From NCBI GenBank assembly GCA_963842945.1, contig CAWJIM010000016.1, positions 64,001-128,000 of the forward strand: a DNA stretch of 64,000 nt, given 5' to 3'. The translations under genes and the position numbers were made by a program. The notes under the pieces were generated by a model that made no database searches, was not told where the DNA came from, and saw only the letters and a program-made list of their open reading frames with translations. Origin of the DNA: an uncultured Gemmatimonadales bacterium (GTDB taxonomy: Bacteria > Gemmatimonadota > Gemmatimonadetes > Gemmatimonadales > GWC2-71-9). Positions 9,630 to 18,597 of this stretch are shown here, one piece after another. Position 1 is the stretch's first letter. Each line of letters starts with the position of its first letter.

Positions 9630-10014
9630 CGCAGTAGAGCGGCGGCTCGATAAGGTCATTCCCTATGTTTTCCACCGGAACGGAAAGCCGATTCACGGAT
9701 ACCTAGACGGCTGGCGGGCAGCCTGCAAACGGGCAGCGGTCGTGAAGCGGGGCGAGCTGGAGGCGGTTGTCCGTCCCCACCTGCTCAACCGGACCCCTCA
9801 CGATTTCCGGCGCACTGCAGCGCGGAACCTCATTCGCGCTGGCGTCCCTCAGCACGTGGTGATGAAGCTCTGCGGCTGGAAAACGGATGCGATGTTCCGC
9901 CGCTATGCCATCGTTGATGAGCGAGACCTGCGGGACGCCGTGGCCAAACTAGCTGGATTCTGGGCACCCGACATAGCGCACAGTGAACGCTTCTTCACAG
10001 AGACATCACGATGA
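9630..10014 (+). pseudogene. Tyrosine recombinase/integrase C-terminal fragment
   Basis: PHDFRRTAARNLIRAGV..VMKLCGWKTDAMFRRY (HxxR, W, catalytic Y); N-terminal domains absent. Confidence 0.9.
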
Positions 10015-10037
10015 CTTCTGAGCGTCGTTGGCATATT
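9994..10037 (+). promoter_or_regulatory. Triple direct-repeat promoter, copy 6
   Basis: TTCAC-agagac-ATCAC-gatgac-TTCTG-N11-CATATT. Confidence 0.6.
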
Positions 10038-10059
10038 GGGGGCAACACAGGAGGTCTAT

Positions 10060-11157
10060 ATGACATACCGGCCAGTGTTGCCCGTCGTCGTGCTCAGCGC
10101 GCTCTGGCTCGCCGCCTGCGGTAACGATACCCCTACAGCCCCTAGCCACCCAGCCCAGCCGGCCAGCGGCGGGGCCGAAATGGCGGTAACGAGTAACAGC
10201 TGGATCACCCGCGCCGCCCTGCCCGCTTCCTTCCGGGCTGAAATGGCCACCGCGACGGTGACGAACGCGGCGGGGCAGTCCGTCGTGTACTCTATCGGCG
10301 GTGTCGACGCCATTGGACATCCGCTCACCAACGTCGCGGCGTACAACGTGGCGACTAACACCTGGACCTCCCGACGGGCGTTGCCCAGACGGTTGGCCTC
10401 GACCAATGGCGCGGGAGTCATCAACGGCAAAATCTACGTGTCGGGAGGGTATTCCTCCCTTGACGACGCGCTCTCGTGGAGGCCATGGCTCTACATGTAT
10501 GATCCCGCCACGAATACCTGGACCCGGAAGCGTGACCTGCCAGCGGTGACGGTGTACGGCGTCCGCGAATACCCCGCCGGCGAGGGCGTGACCGGGGTCA
10601 TCGGGGGGAAACTCTACGTCGCCAGCCACGTTTTCGTTGATTATGGGGACCCATCCTCGGGTCTTGACAGGGGGTACGGTACACTGTTCCTCCGGTACAA
10701 TCCGCGGACAGACGAGTGGGTCAGACTCCCGGAACCGTTTGCAACAGAGGGAGAGGCCGTACGGCCCACCGGCGGTGGGGTCATTGATGGAAAGTTCTAT
10801 CTGATGGGCGCGACGACTGGAGACAGAAACGGTCGTCTCGCCGTGTATGATCCGGCCACGGACGAGTGGACCACAAGAACCCCGCTACGCCTGGGCCGGC
10901 CGTCGGCGGCATCGGCAGTACTCGGAGGCAAGCTCTACGTCATGGGCGGAAGCCGCTACAACGCTAAAACGGGGTACTCTGACCTCCTGGACGTTACCAT
11001 CGCGTATGATCCAGTGAAGGACACATGGACTCCCCTGGCCCCGCTGCCGAGCCCTCGGTACCGAGTATCGGCCACCAGGGTCTTCCTCAATGGCCGGCCG
11101 CGGATAGAGTTGGTAGGTTGGTTTGCGCCGGGGAACAACCTGCAGTATGTGCCGTGA
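10060..11157 (+). CDS. Kelch-repeat beta-propeller lipoprotein, paralog of 689-1774
   Basis: Lipobox LAA-C, Kelch repeats, C-terminus RVFLNGRPRIELVG..PGNNLQYVP; AGGAGG RBS. Confidence 0.9.
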   Translation: MTYRPVLPVVVLSALWLAACGNDTPTAPSHPAQPASGGAEMAVTSNSWITRAALPASFRAEMATATVTNAAGQSVVYSIGGVDAIGHPLTNVAAYNVATNTWTSRRALPRRLASTNGAGVINGKIYVSGGYSSLDDALSWRPWLYMYDPATNTWTRKRDLPAVTVYGVREYPAGEGVTGVIGGKLYVASHVFVDYGDPSSGLDRGYGTLFLRYNPRTDEWVRLPEPFATEGEAVRPTGGGVIDGKFYLMGATTGDRNGRLAVYDPATDEWTTRTPLRLGRPSAASAVLGGKLYVMGGSRYNAKTGYSDLLDVTIAYDPVKDTWTPLAPLPSPRYRVSATRVFLNGRPRIELVGWFAPGNNLQYVP

Positions 11158-11568
11158 GGTACGGGGAACCGTGAGCGGATTACACAATACGTGAGCGGTG
11201 AGCGGGCGCTGTTGAACGAGCAGTTAGGAGTTATCATCCAAAGCAATGAGCGGTAGCGGGGATCAGCTCCCGCTTACCGCTCACGCTCGTTTCAATCCCT
11301 CAAGTTTTTGTTAGTGCGAGGGTCACGCCGACACCAAAACGGGCAGTAATAAGCCACCCTCAACATTGCTGGCGTAGATCGGTCATTTGCCCGTGTCCCT
11401 GCGCTTGCGGGCCTGCCCGATCTGGATGAATCCGATGACCGTGCAGACAACGCCCGGCCCGGACGCCGAGAGCCAGCACACCGCACTGATCCGGTCTCCA
11501 GCGTCGAGTCACGAGCAGCTTCCGAAAGGAACTGCAGCCGTCGGGTTTGGACCCAAGTCGGCTGATCA

Positions 11569-11588
11569 GGGGCACAACGGGGGCACAA
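11569..11588 (+). repeat. Tandem GGGGCACAA repeat, possible integrase arm-binding sites
   Basis: 9-bp unit at 11569 and 11580, about 60 bp from the att core. Confidence 0.45.
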
Positions 11589-11650
11589 TCAGCGGTGAAG
11601 GCCCTGCAGGTGGCTCGATGAAGCGTGACCTAAGTTGTTGCGGGGTAAAG

Positions 11651-11733
11651 TGCCCGAGGCGAGAGTCGAACTCGCACGAGGTTGCCCTCGGCGGATTTTG
11701 AGTCCGCTGCGTCTGCCATTCCGCCACTCGGGC
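11651..11733 (-). tRNA. tRNA-Leu(CAA)
   Basis: GCCCGAGTGGCGGAATGGCAGACGCAGCGGA-CTCAAAA-TCCGC...GTTCGACTC...CTCGGGCA; long variable arm; CCA not encoded. Confidence 0.97.
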
Positions 11734-11921
11734 CTGGCCCAATAATAACCAGTCCAGCCCTCCTTGCGGGTTCCCTCCGGGAGATAGCTTCAGTCATTAC
11801 CGCGCGAGAATAGCTCCGGTCTCCTAGTCGCTCTCCTCCGTCCGGAGCCTTTGTGGAACTCAGAGGCTACCCCGCCCTGCTCTACCCGCGCAACCCGAAC
11901 GATGACCTTCGGTCCGGCCTT

Positions 11922-12503
11922 CTACCCTTCCCTTTCATTTCTCAGCGCTAGCGGCGGATCCAGGATCTCCCGCCACACCACGGCATCCCGGAGCTGCTGC
12001 GGGGTGTAGCTGCGGGTGGCGGTGTGATCGGCCGGTGCGGGCTGAAGAACTTCCGCCGGCTTCCCTTTCCTCTGTCCGCTCCGCCCGGCGTCCCGCGCCT
12101 CCGCAGCCTGGATCCGCCCGGCCTCGATGCCGGCGGCCTCGTCGTCCCGGTCCACCACCTGGCGCTCCTCCCGCTGCACCTCCCCTTCCAGGCTCCGGAC
12201 CTCGGGCTCCCCCTCCAGCGACTCTGCCGGCTGCCGCTGCTCCCGTCGAGCAACGGGTCTGTCCGACGGCGACGCGGTCTGCGCCGCTTCCTCCAACGCC
12301 CGGCGCAGTTCTCCCAGCACCATTTGCAGCCGGAATCCCTCCTGCTGAGTGGGATCGGGCCGGGACGGCAGCGGCTTGGGGCCGGGATAGCTCGATGGTC
12401 CGGGCTGCCGAGGACGAGAGGACTTCCCTTTGGCTCTGGTGATCAGGGTCAGCAGGAACCAGAGTGCGCCGATGATCAGAAAGCCATTCAGCTCGCCGGT
12501 CAT
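11922..12503 (-). CDS. YqfB-like membrane-anchored protein
   Basis: N-terminal TM helix, C-terminal [18 protein letters not shown], directly after floA. Confidence 0.6.
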   Translation of the reverse strand: MTGELNGFLIIGALWFLLTLITRAKGKSSRPRQPGPSSYPGPKPLPSRPDPTQQEGFRLQMVLGELRRALEEAAQTASPSDRPVARREQRQPAESLEGEPEVRSLEGEVQREERQVVDRDDEAAGIEAGRIQAAEARDAGRSGQRKGKPAEVLQPAPADHTATRSYTPQQLRDAVVWREILDPPLALRNEREG

Positions 12504-13504
12504 CCGCTACCCAGCGCTCCCGTCGTTCCGGCGTCGGTCTGGCCCGCGATTGCCTGACGCATGGTGGTGTCGGCCTGGACGTTCCGGTACCGCTGATAGT
12601 CCATCACGCCCAGGTTGCCGTTCCGGAACGCCTCAGCCATGGCGAGTGGGATCTGGGCCTCTGCCGCGATCACCTTCGAGCGCTGGTTTTGCGCCTCTGC
12701 CTTGAACTCCTGCTCCATCGCCACGGCGAGCGCTCGCCGCTCTTCCGCTTTCGCTTGCGCGATCCGTTTGTCAGCCTCGGCCTGATCGGTCTGCAGCTCG
12801 GCGCCGATGTTCTTGCCTACGTCCACGTCGGCGATGTCGATCGACAGGATCTCAAACGCGGTCCCGGCATCGAGTCCCTTGGCCAGCACGGTCTTGGAGA
12901 TGAGGTCGGGGTTCTCCAGTACCGCCTTGTGCGACGTGGCCGAGCCGATGGTGCTGACGATTCCCTCACCCACCCGGGCCAGAATCGTTTCCTCGCCAGC
13001 GCCGCCCACCAGCCGGTTCACATTCGCGCGAACCGTCACCCGCGCCAGCGCGAGGAGCTGGATTCCGTCCTTGGCCATCGCGGCAACTTTGGGCGTGGTG
13101 ATCACCTTGGGATTCACGCTTACCTGTACCGCCTCGAACACGTCGCGGCCGGCCAGGTCGATCGCGGTGGCCTGCTGGAAGGTGAGCGGGATCTGCGCCT
13201 TGTCGGCCGAGATGAGCGCGTTCACCACCCGCTGCACGTTGCCGCCCGACAAGAAGTGGATCTCGAGCTGGTCTATGGTCAGATCGAGTCCGGCCTTGCG
13301 CGCCGTGATCAAAGGATCCACGATGGCGGCTGGGTTCACCTTGCGGAAGCGCATGCCGAAGAGGGTGAGGAAGGAGACCCGCACCCCCGAGGCCGCCGCC
13401 CGGATCCAGAGGCCTATGGGGATGAACCGGAAGAAGATGACGGCAAAGATGAAAGCGATGAAGAACAGCGCGAGCACCAGGCCGAGGCTTAGGGAGTCGT
13501 CCAC
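12500..13504 (-). CDS. floA: Flotillin-like protein FloA (YqfA, UPF0365)
   Basis: [31 protein letters not shown] and [19 protein letters not shown]. Confidence 0.95.
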   Translation of the reverse strand: MDDSLSLGLVLALFFIAFIFAVIFFRFIPIGLWIRAAASGVRVSFLTLFGMRFRKVNPAAIVDPLITARKAGLDLTIDQLEIHFLSGGNVQRVVNALISADKAQIPLTFQQATAIDLAGRDVFEAVQVSVNPKVITTPKVAAMAKDGIQLLALARVTVRANVNRLVGGAGEETILARVGEGIVSTIGSATSHKAVLENPDLISKTVLAKGLDAGTAFEILSIDIADVDVGKNIGAELQTDQAEADKRIAQAKAEERRALAVAMEQEFKAEAQNQRSKVIAAEAQIPLAMAEAFRNGNLGVMDYQRYRNVQADTTMRQAIAGQTDAGTTGALGSG

Positions 13505-13513
13505 GGGTATGTC

Positions 13514-14338
13514 CTAGTAGAGAGTTGGTCGGGAGTCGCGAGACGCGGGTCGGGAGTCAGGAGACGGATGGTCGCAGAAACTCGTGTCCCGCGACTCGTG
13601 ACTCGTGACTGAGCTCCTGACCGACCCTTCCACGACATGCCGATACCCATCACTCCGCACCACCCGCACCCGGCTGCCCTGGGCGACGTACTCGCCTTCG
13701 GTGACCACGTCGATCCGCTCCTCTCCAACCCGGGCGGTCCCCGAGGGACGGAGGTCGGTGATGGCGGTGCCATCCTTGCCGACCAGCTCCGGCCGGGCCG
13801 GCGCGGTGATGAAGCCCGCGTCCCGATGCCCCGCGCCCTTCAGCAGCAGTCCGCTGAACCGTCCGCTGTTCGGCAGATGGCGCAGCCAGGCGTAGACTAC
13901 CGCGGCGGTGATGAAGAAGCTCGCGCCCAGCACAGCGAGCGCCTGGGCGACGTCGCCGCTGGTCGGGTGGCTGCCGACCAGGGCAAGAAGTACCGATGCG
14001 GTCACCGCCAGGATGCCGACGATCCCGGCAATCCCGAAGCCCGGAATGATGAACGCCTCGACCGCGAGCGCGATCAGCCCGAACCCCAGCAGCAGCACCT
14101 CCTGCCATCCGGCGAGGCCGAGCATGAAGCTGGACGCGAAGAACAAGCCAAGGGAGACCAGGCCGAGCAGCCCACCGAGGCCGAAGGCGCCGGCCTTGAT
14201 CTCGAAGATCAGGCCGAGAATGCCGACCGAGAGCAGCACCGGGGAGACCAGCGGGTGGGTCAGGAACCGGAGAAGCCCGTCGGCCCAGGCAGGGTCAGGC
14301 TGCATGAGAGCGAGCGTCAGCAGAACGAAACGGCGCAT
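13514..14338 (-). CDS. nfeD: NfeD family protein (membrane + OB domains, no protease domain)
   Basis: VEAFIIPGFGIAGI and TDLRPSGTA..RIDVVTEGEY; upstream of floA. Confidence 0.85.
   Translation of the reverse strand: MRRFVLLTLALMQPDPAWADGLLRFLTHPLVSPVLLSVGILGLIFEIKAGAFGLGGLLGLVSLGLFFASSFMLGLAGWQEVLLLGFGLIALAVEAFIIPGFGIAGIVGILAVTASVLLALVGSHPTSGDVAQALAVLGASFFITAAVVYAWLRHLPNSGRFSGLLLKGAGHRDAGFITAPARPELVGKDGTAITDLRPSGTARVGEERIDVVTEGEYVAQGSRVRVVRSDGYRHVVEGSVRSSVTSHESRDTSFCDHPSPDSRPASRDSRPTLY
13530..13612. repeat. Heptamer repeat cluster (GAGTCGN / GACTCGT)
   Basis: gggagtcgcgagacgcgggtcgggagtc...cgcgactcgtgactcgtgact. Confidence 0.7.
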
Positions 14339-14374
14339 CGCGGTGCTCGTTGGGTGAGATGGGGGAAATGTAAG

Positions 14375-14510
14375 GAGTCGCGAGTCGCGAGTCACGAGCA
14401 AGGAGTCGGGAGTCGGGAGTCGGGAGTCGGGAGTCGGGAGAAAACTCCTGGCGCAAGTGTAGCCATGGGCCCTGCACTTTCGGTCACTCGCGACTCGCGA
14501 CTCGCGACTG
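14375..14510. repeat. Heptamer tandem repeats: (GAGTCGG)n followed by inverted (GACTCGC)n
   Basis: Five ggagtcg units at ~14402-14437, then cgcgact units at ~14489-14509. Confidence 0.85.
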
Positions 14511-14521
14511 TATTCTTGACC

Positions 14522-15227
14522 ATGCGACGCCCGAGCGTGATCGCCCATCGCGGCGCTTCCGGTTACGAATACGAAAACTCCCGCGCCGCCTTCCGGCGGG
14601 CGGTCATGCTCGACGCCGACGGCATCGAGCTGGACGTGCATGCCACCCGGGACGGCGGCATCGTGGTTCACCACGACCCGGAGATTCCCGGCGTCGGCCC
14701 GCTCGGCGGTCTCTCGCTCAGCGAAGCTCGGCAGCTCAAGATCCCCAACGGGGAGCAGCTCCCGCTGTTGTCGGAGATACTGGAGCTGGTGGGGAACCGG
14801 GACGTGTGGGTCGAGGTAAAGAGTCTGCCGGCTCTGCACGACCAGAAACTGCTGGAGGTGCTGGATCGGGGGCCCGCGCCCCGATCGGTATGCCATCCAC
14901 AGCTTCGATCATCGGATCGTGTATCGGCTGGGAGAAGCCCGGCCGGCGCTTCACCGGGGAATCCTGTTGAGCGCCTACCTGAGGGATCCCGTGTCGGTCA
15001 TGCGCGCCGTGGGCGCCACCACGCTCTGGCAGGAATGGAAGCAGGTGGATCAGGAGCTGGTCACCCAGGTACACGAGGCGGGTGGCGCCGTCATTGCCTG
15101 GACGGTGAACGAGCTGGGCGACCTGGACCGGATGGTCCGGCTTGGTGTCGACGGACTCTGCGGCAACTATCCCGACCGGATCCGGGTCGCCATCGCGCCC
15201 CGGCTGGATCAGGCCTCCCGGGCCTGA
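14522..15227 (+). CDS. Glycerophosphodiester phosphodiesterase; frameshift ~14880
   Basis: IAHRGAS..ENS, IELDVH, VEVK, continuing with HSFDH...AWTVN...GVDG. Confidence 0.9.
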
Positions 15228-15581
15228 GTCTCCGGTCGACGGTTCCGCGGTCTCGGAGCTGACCGTGGCGGGCGCGTTCTGCGCCGAGCCCCGGTCCGGG
15301 TGCTCCGCCTGGACTGCGCGATCTGTTGCTCCAACCTGGCTATTTCGCTCTGAAGATCATCGAGCCGCAGCATGAGCGCATCGATCCGGCGGGACTCGAC
15401 CGGACTTCCGCGTTCCCGCCGGTGAAAGATGAGCCCCAGCTCCCGCGCGGTGTGATCCTGCCGGCGCCGAACGCGGAGCAGCTCGATCTGGAGCTTCCCC
15501 TCGTCCAGAGCGGCCTGAGCCTTCTTGCCGAAGGCCTCCAGCTCCTGATTCAAGCCGATCGAAGAGAGTGGATTTGGTCAT
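15209..15581 (-). CDS. Hypothetical coiled-coil protein; frameshift near the start
   Basis: MTKSTLFDRL joined to NQELEAFGKKAQAALDEGKLQIELL... Confidence 0.6.
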
Positions 15582-15592
15582 GGTTGACCTCC

Positions 15593-15737
15593 GGGAGCTG
15601 GGGGCTAGGGGCTTGGAGCTTGGAGCTAGAGGGACGGAATCGCCGTCCCGATGGTTTCAAAAGCTAACAAAAAGGGGACGCGGAGTGGCTCCGCGTCCCC
15701 GAGCTCCCGAGCTCCCGAGCTCCCGAGCTCCCTAGCT
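15593..15737. repeat. Octamer repeats (GGAGCTNG / CCCGAGCT) flanking the rpmA terminator
   Basis: ggggctaggggcttggagcttggagctag ... (cccgagct)x4. Confidence 0.75.
15669..15700 (-). terminator. Intrinsic terminator after rpmA
   Basis: ggggacgcggag/ctccgcgtcccc stem with a T-tract on the minus strand. Confidence 0.85.
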
Positions 15738-16001
15738 GCGCTCAGCCTCCACCGGATACACCGACACCTTCTGCCGGTTCTTGTCCCGGAACTCGAACTT
15801 GACCACGCCGTCGATCAAGGCGAACAGGGTGTCGTCGTTGGCGCGCCGAACATTCCGGCCGGGGTGGAACTTGGTGCCGCGCTGGCGCACGAGGATATTG
15901 CCGGCGACGACCTTCTCGCCCCCGTAGCGCTTGACGCCGAGATACTGGGGATTGCTGGTCCGGCCATTCCGGCTGGAGCCTACGCCTTTCTTGTGTGCCA
16001 T
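15732..16001 (-). CDS. rpmA: 50S ribosomal protein L27
   Basis: [14 protein letters not shown]...[15 protein letters not shown]. Confidence 0.99.
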   Translation of the reverse strand: MAHKKGVGSSRNGRTSNPQYLGVKRYGGEKVVAGNILVRQRGTKFHPGRNVRRANDDTLFALIDGVVKFEFRDKNRQKVSVYPVEAERS

Positions 16002-16008
16002 TGCTTCC

Positions 16009-16324
16009 TCAGCCCAGCTTGAGGTCGGTTATGCGGACCTCGGTGTAGCCCTGCCGATGTCCGGTCTTGCGGCGATAATTCTTCCGCCGCTTGAACTTGA
16101 ATACGTAGATCTTGGCTTCCTTGCCCTGGCCGACCACTTCGCCGGTGACCTTGGCGCCTTTGACCAGGGGCGCGCCGGCCTTGATGGTCTCTCCGTCGGA
16201 CGAGAGGAGCACTTCGTCGAAGGTGACCTTGGAGCCCGCCTCCGCTTCCATCAGCGGGAGCCGAAGGGTCTTGCCCTTCTCGGCCTTGAACTGTTTGCCC
16301 ACCGGCACGAATGATCGCGTACAT
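16009..16324 (-). CDS. rplU: 50S ribosomal protein L21; apparent frameshift near codon 9
   Basis: MYAIIRAGG joined to KQFKAEKG...[14 protein letters not shown]. Confidence 0.97.
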
Positions 16325-16367
16325 GAAAGAACCAATCGACTAAAAGGTGGTCAGACAATAGCCCGTA

Positions 16368-16396
16368 AAACTAGGCAGGCACGGGGGTTGTGACAA
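16368..16396 (-). promoter_or_regulatory. Sigma70-type promoter of rplU-rpmA
   Basis: TTGTCA-17 bp-TAGTTT on the minus strand. Confidence 0.6.
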
Positions 16397-16399
16397 GGG

Positions 16400-16595
16400 G
16401 CAGTCCGGTTTGGGTGTTGGCCACGTGAATACGGACTGTGACTGCCCATGTGGTCTGACCGGGTGTACCGACAGCTTCAAACTGGCAACCTTCGGTGAGC
16501 CAGGATGGCGTGCGCCCACCTAGGATCTCGGCGTTTCTGGACACGACGGACCCTGCAAGGAGAGGTGCGGCGACCGGCATCCCTTCACTCTCGGA
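16400..16595 (+). ncRNA. Candidate structured ncRNA, 6S-RNA-like
   Basis: Nested helices with G-U pairs that work only on the + strand, cUUCGg loop, about 190 nt. Confidence 0.5.
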
Positions 16596-16645
16596 TACGA
16601 CCTAGCGAGCGGTGAAACGATGCCGCCGCTTCGCTCATGCCGCTC

Positions 16646-18355
16646 TTACGCGACCGCGTAAAGATCGGTCACATCCCGTCCAGCCGGCCGGCTCATCAGC
16701 CGGAACTCGTCCAGCCGCATCATGGGATCGTCCCTGAGCTCGATATCCACGCCGGTGATCTTGGTCAGGGTCTGCAGCAGCCTGGGCTCCTCTTCCAGGA
16801 GGTACAGCGCCACCTCGGGGTGCAGCCGTACGGTGAGCTGGCGCTCGCGCCGTTCGTGCCCGGCCCGCTTGAGCGCACGCTCGAGCCGGCGGGCCACCAC
16901 CTCGGGCGTGAACACCCGTCCGGTGCCGGCGCAGGTGGGACAGTCGGTGGTCATCGAGTGCCACAGCGAGGGGCGAACCCGCTGCCGGGTCATCTCGACC
17001 AGACCGAGCTCGCTCACAGCCAGGGCCTTGGTCCGGGCGCGGTCACGTCCCAGGTGGGTCCGCAGCTCCTGCAGCACCTTGTCCCGGTTGGACCGGGTCT
17101 CCATGTCGATGAAGTCGCAGACGATGATGCCGCCGATGTCGCGCAGCCGGATCTGCCGGGCGATCTCGCGCGCCGCCTCGAGGTTGGTCCGGAGGATGGT
17201 CTTCTCCGGATCCTTCTTGCCGGTGTAGCGGCCGGTGTTGACGTCGATGCTGATCAGGGCCTCGGTCGGCTGGATCACCAGCGAGCCGCCGGTAGGCAGC
17301 TCGACCCGCGCCTTGAACAGGTCGCGGATCTCCGACTCGATGTCGAACTTGTCGAACAGCGGGAACCGCGTCGGCGTAGAGATGAACCCGGCTCATCAGC
17401 TCCGGATCAATCTGCTGCAGATACTGCTCGATCTCGTTGTAGAGCTCCTTCATGTCGACGTGCAGCGCGTCCACCTTGGCGCTGAAGAGGTCGCGAATGA
17501 TGCCCCGGGTCAGGCTGGTCTCCCGCTGCAGCAGCGCCGGCGCCCGGCGGACGAAGGTCTTCTTCCGGTTGATCTTCTTCCACAGGCTCAGGAGTGAGTC
17601 GATCTCTCGGCGGAAGTGCTCCTCGGTGACTCCCTCCGCCACCGTCCTGACGATCACCCCTCCGGTGTCCTTGGGCAGCAGCTTGGAGACCATCTCCCTC
17701 AGCTTGGCCCGCTGCTCCCGGCTCTCGATCTTGCGGCTGACCCCGACCTTCGAGGCATAGGGCATGTAGACGAGAAATCGCCCCGGAAGGGAGATCTGGG
17801 CCGTAACGCGGCATCCCTTGGTGCCGATCGGCTCCTTGGTCACCTGGACCGGGAGGCGTCTGCCCCTTCTTGAGGATGTCCTGAATGTTGGGGAGGGCTC
17901 GGCGGGGAGAGATCTCACGTTGGCGGCGCTCGCTCGGCTCGGAGCGCTCGCCCGGCGCCGTTGTTCCGGCGGCGACGGCGGTCGCGGCTGCGCCACGGGC
18001 CTTTCCGTTCCTGGGCGGGGTCTTCGACCGCGCCTTCCACCATTCCTTCGGAGGACGCCACCTCGGCCTCCACGGCGGTCTCGCCCGGCTCGTCGACTTC
18101 CTCCTCATCCGGCTCTTCATCCTCCTCCGGCTCCAAGAGGTCGGACGCGTGGAGGAAGGCGCTCTTTTCCTGACCGATGTCGACGAAGGCCGCCTGGATG
18201 CCGGGGAGAACCGCTTCGACTCTTCCGAGGTAAATGTCACCGACCGTCCGGCGGTGGTCGGGACGGTCCACCAGCAATTCGACCAGCCGATCGTCTTCCA
18301 GGATTGCCACGCGCGTTTCCCGCTGGCTTCCATTGATCAGGATTTCACGCTTCAA
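16646..18355 (-). CDS. Rne/Rng family ribonuclease; several frameshifts
   Basis: GDIYLGRVEAVLPGIQAAFVDIG, VQVTKEPIGTKG, SIDVNTG, LRDIGGIIVCDFIDM and C..C.G.G. Confidence 0.93.
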
Positions 18356-18487
18356 TACGACCTCAGCCGCGGCTGGATTCGATACGCGAAAGACGCGCTC
18401 GTCGGCTGGCCTGCACCACCGAACGAGGAGCATGCCGCGAGAGCGCGTCTGCTGCTGTAATTGTATAAAGGAGGCGGGCTTAGTGGT

Positions 18488-18597
18488 AGTCGCGAGACCC
18501 GAGTCGCGAGTCCGAGTCGCGAGTCCGGATGGTCAGGGACCTACAAGAACCGTTGCGACTACTCGTGACTCGTGACCCGTAACTCTCGACTCTCGAT
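18488..18597. repeat. Heptamer-type repeat cluster forming an inverted pair
   Basis: gagtcgcgagtccgagtcgcgagtcc...actcgtgactcgtgacc..actctcgactctcg. Confidence 0.7.

Larger units (their letters stand above)
8577..11696. mobile_element. Degenerate genomic island integrated at tRNA-Leu(CAA)
   Basis: Flanking 48-bp direct repeat and an internal tyrosine integrase remnant. Confidence 0.85.

Noticed and set aside
14375..14510. CRISPR array
   Set aside because: 7-bp tandem units with no spacers and no cas genes
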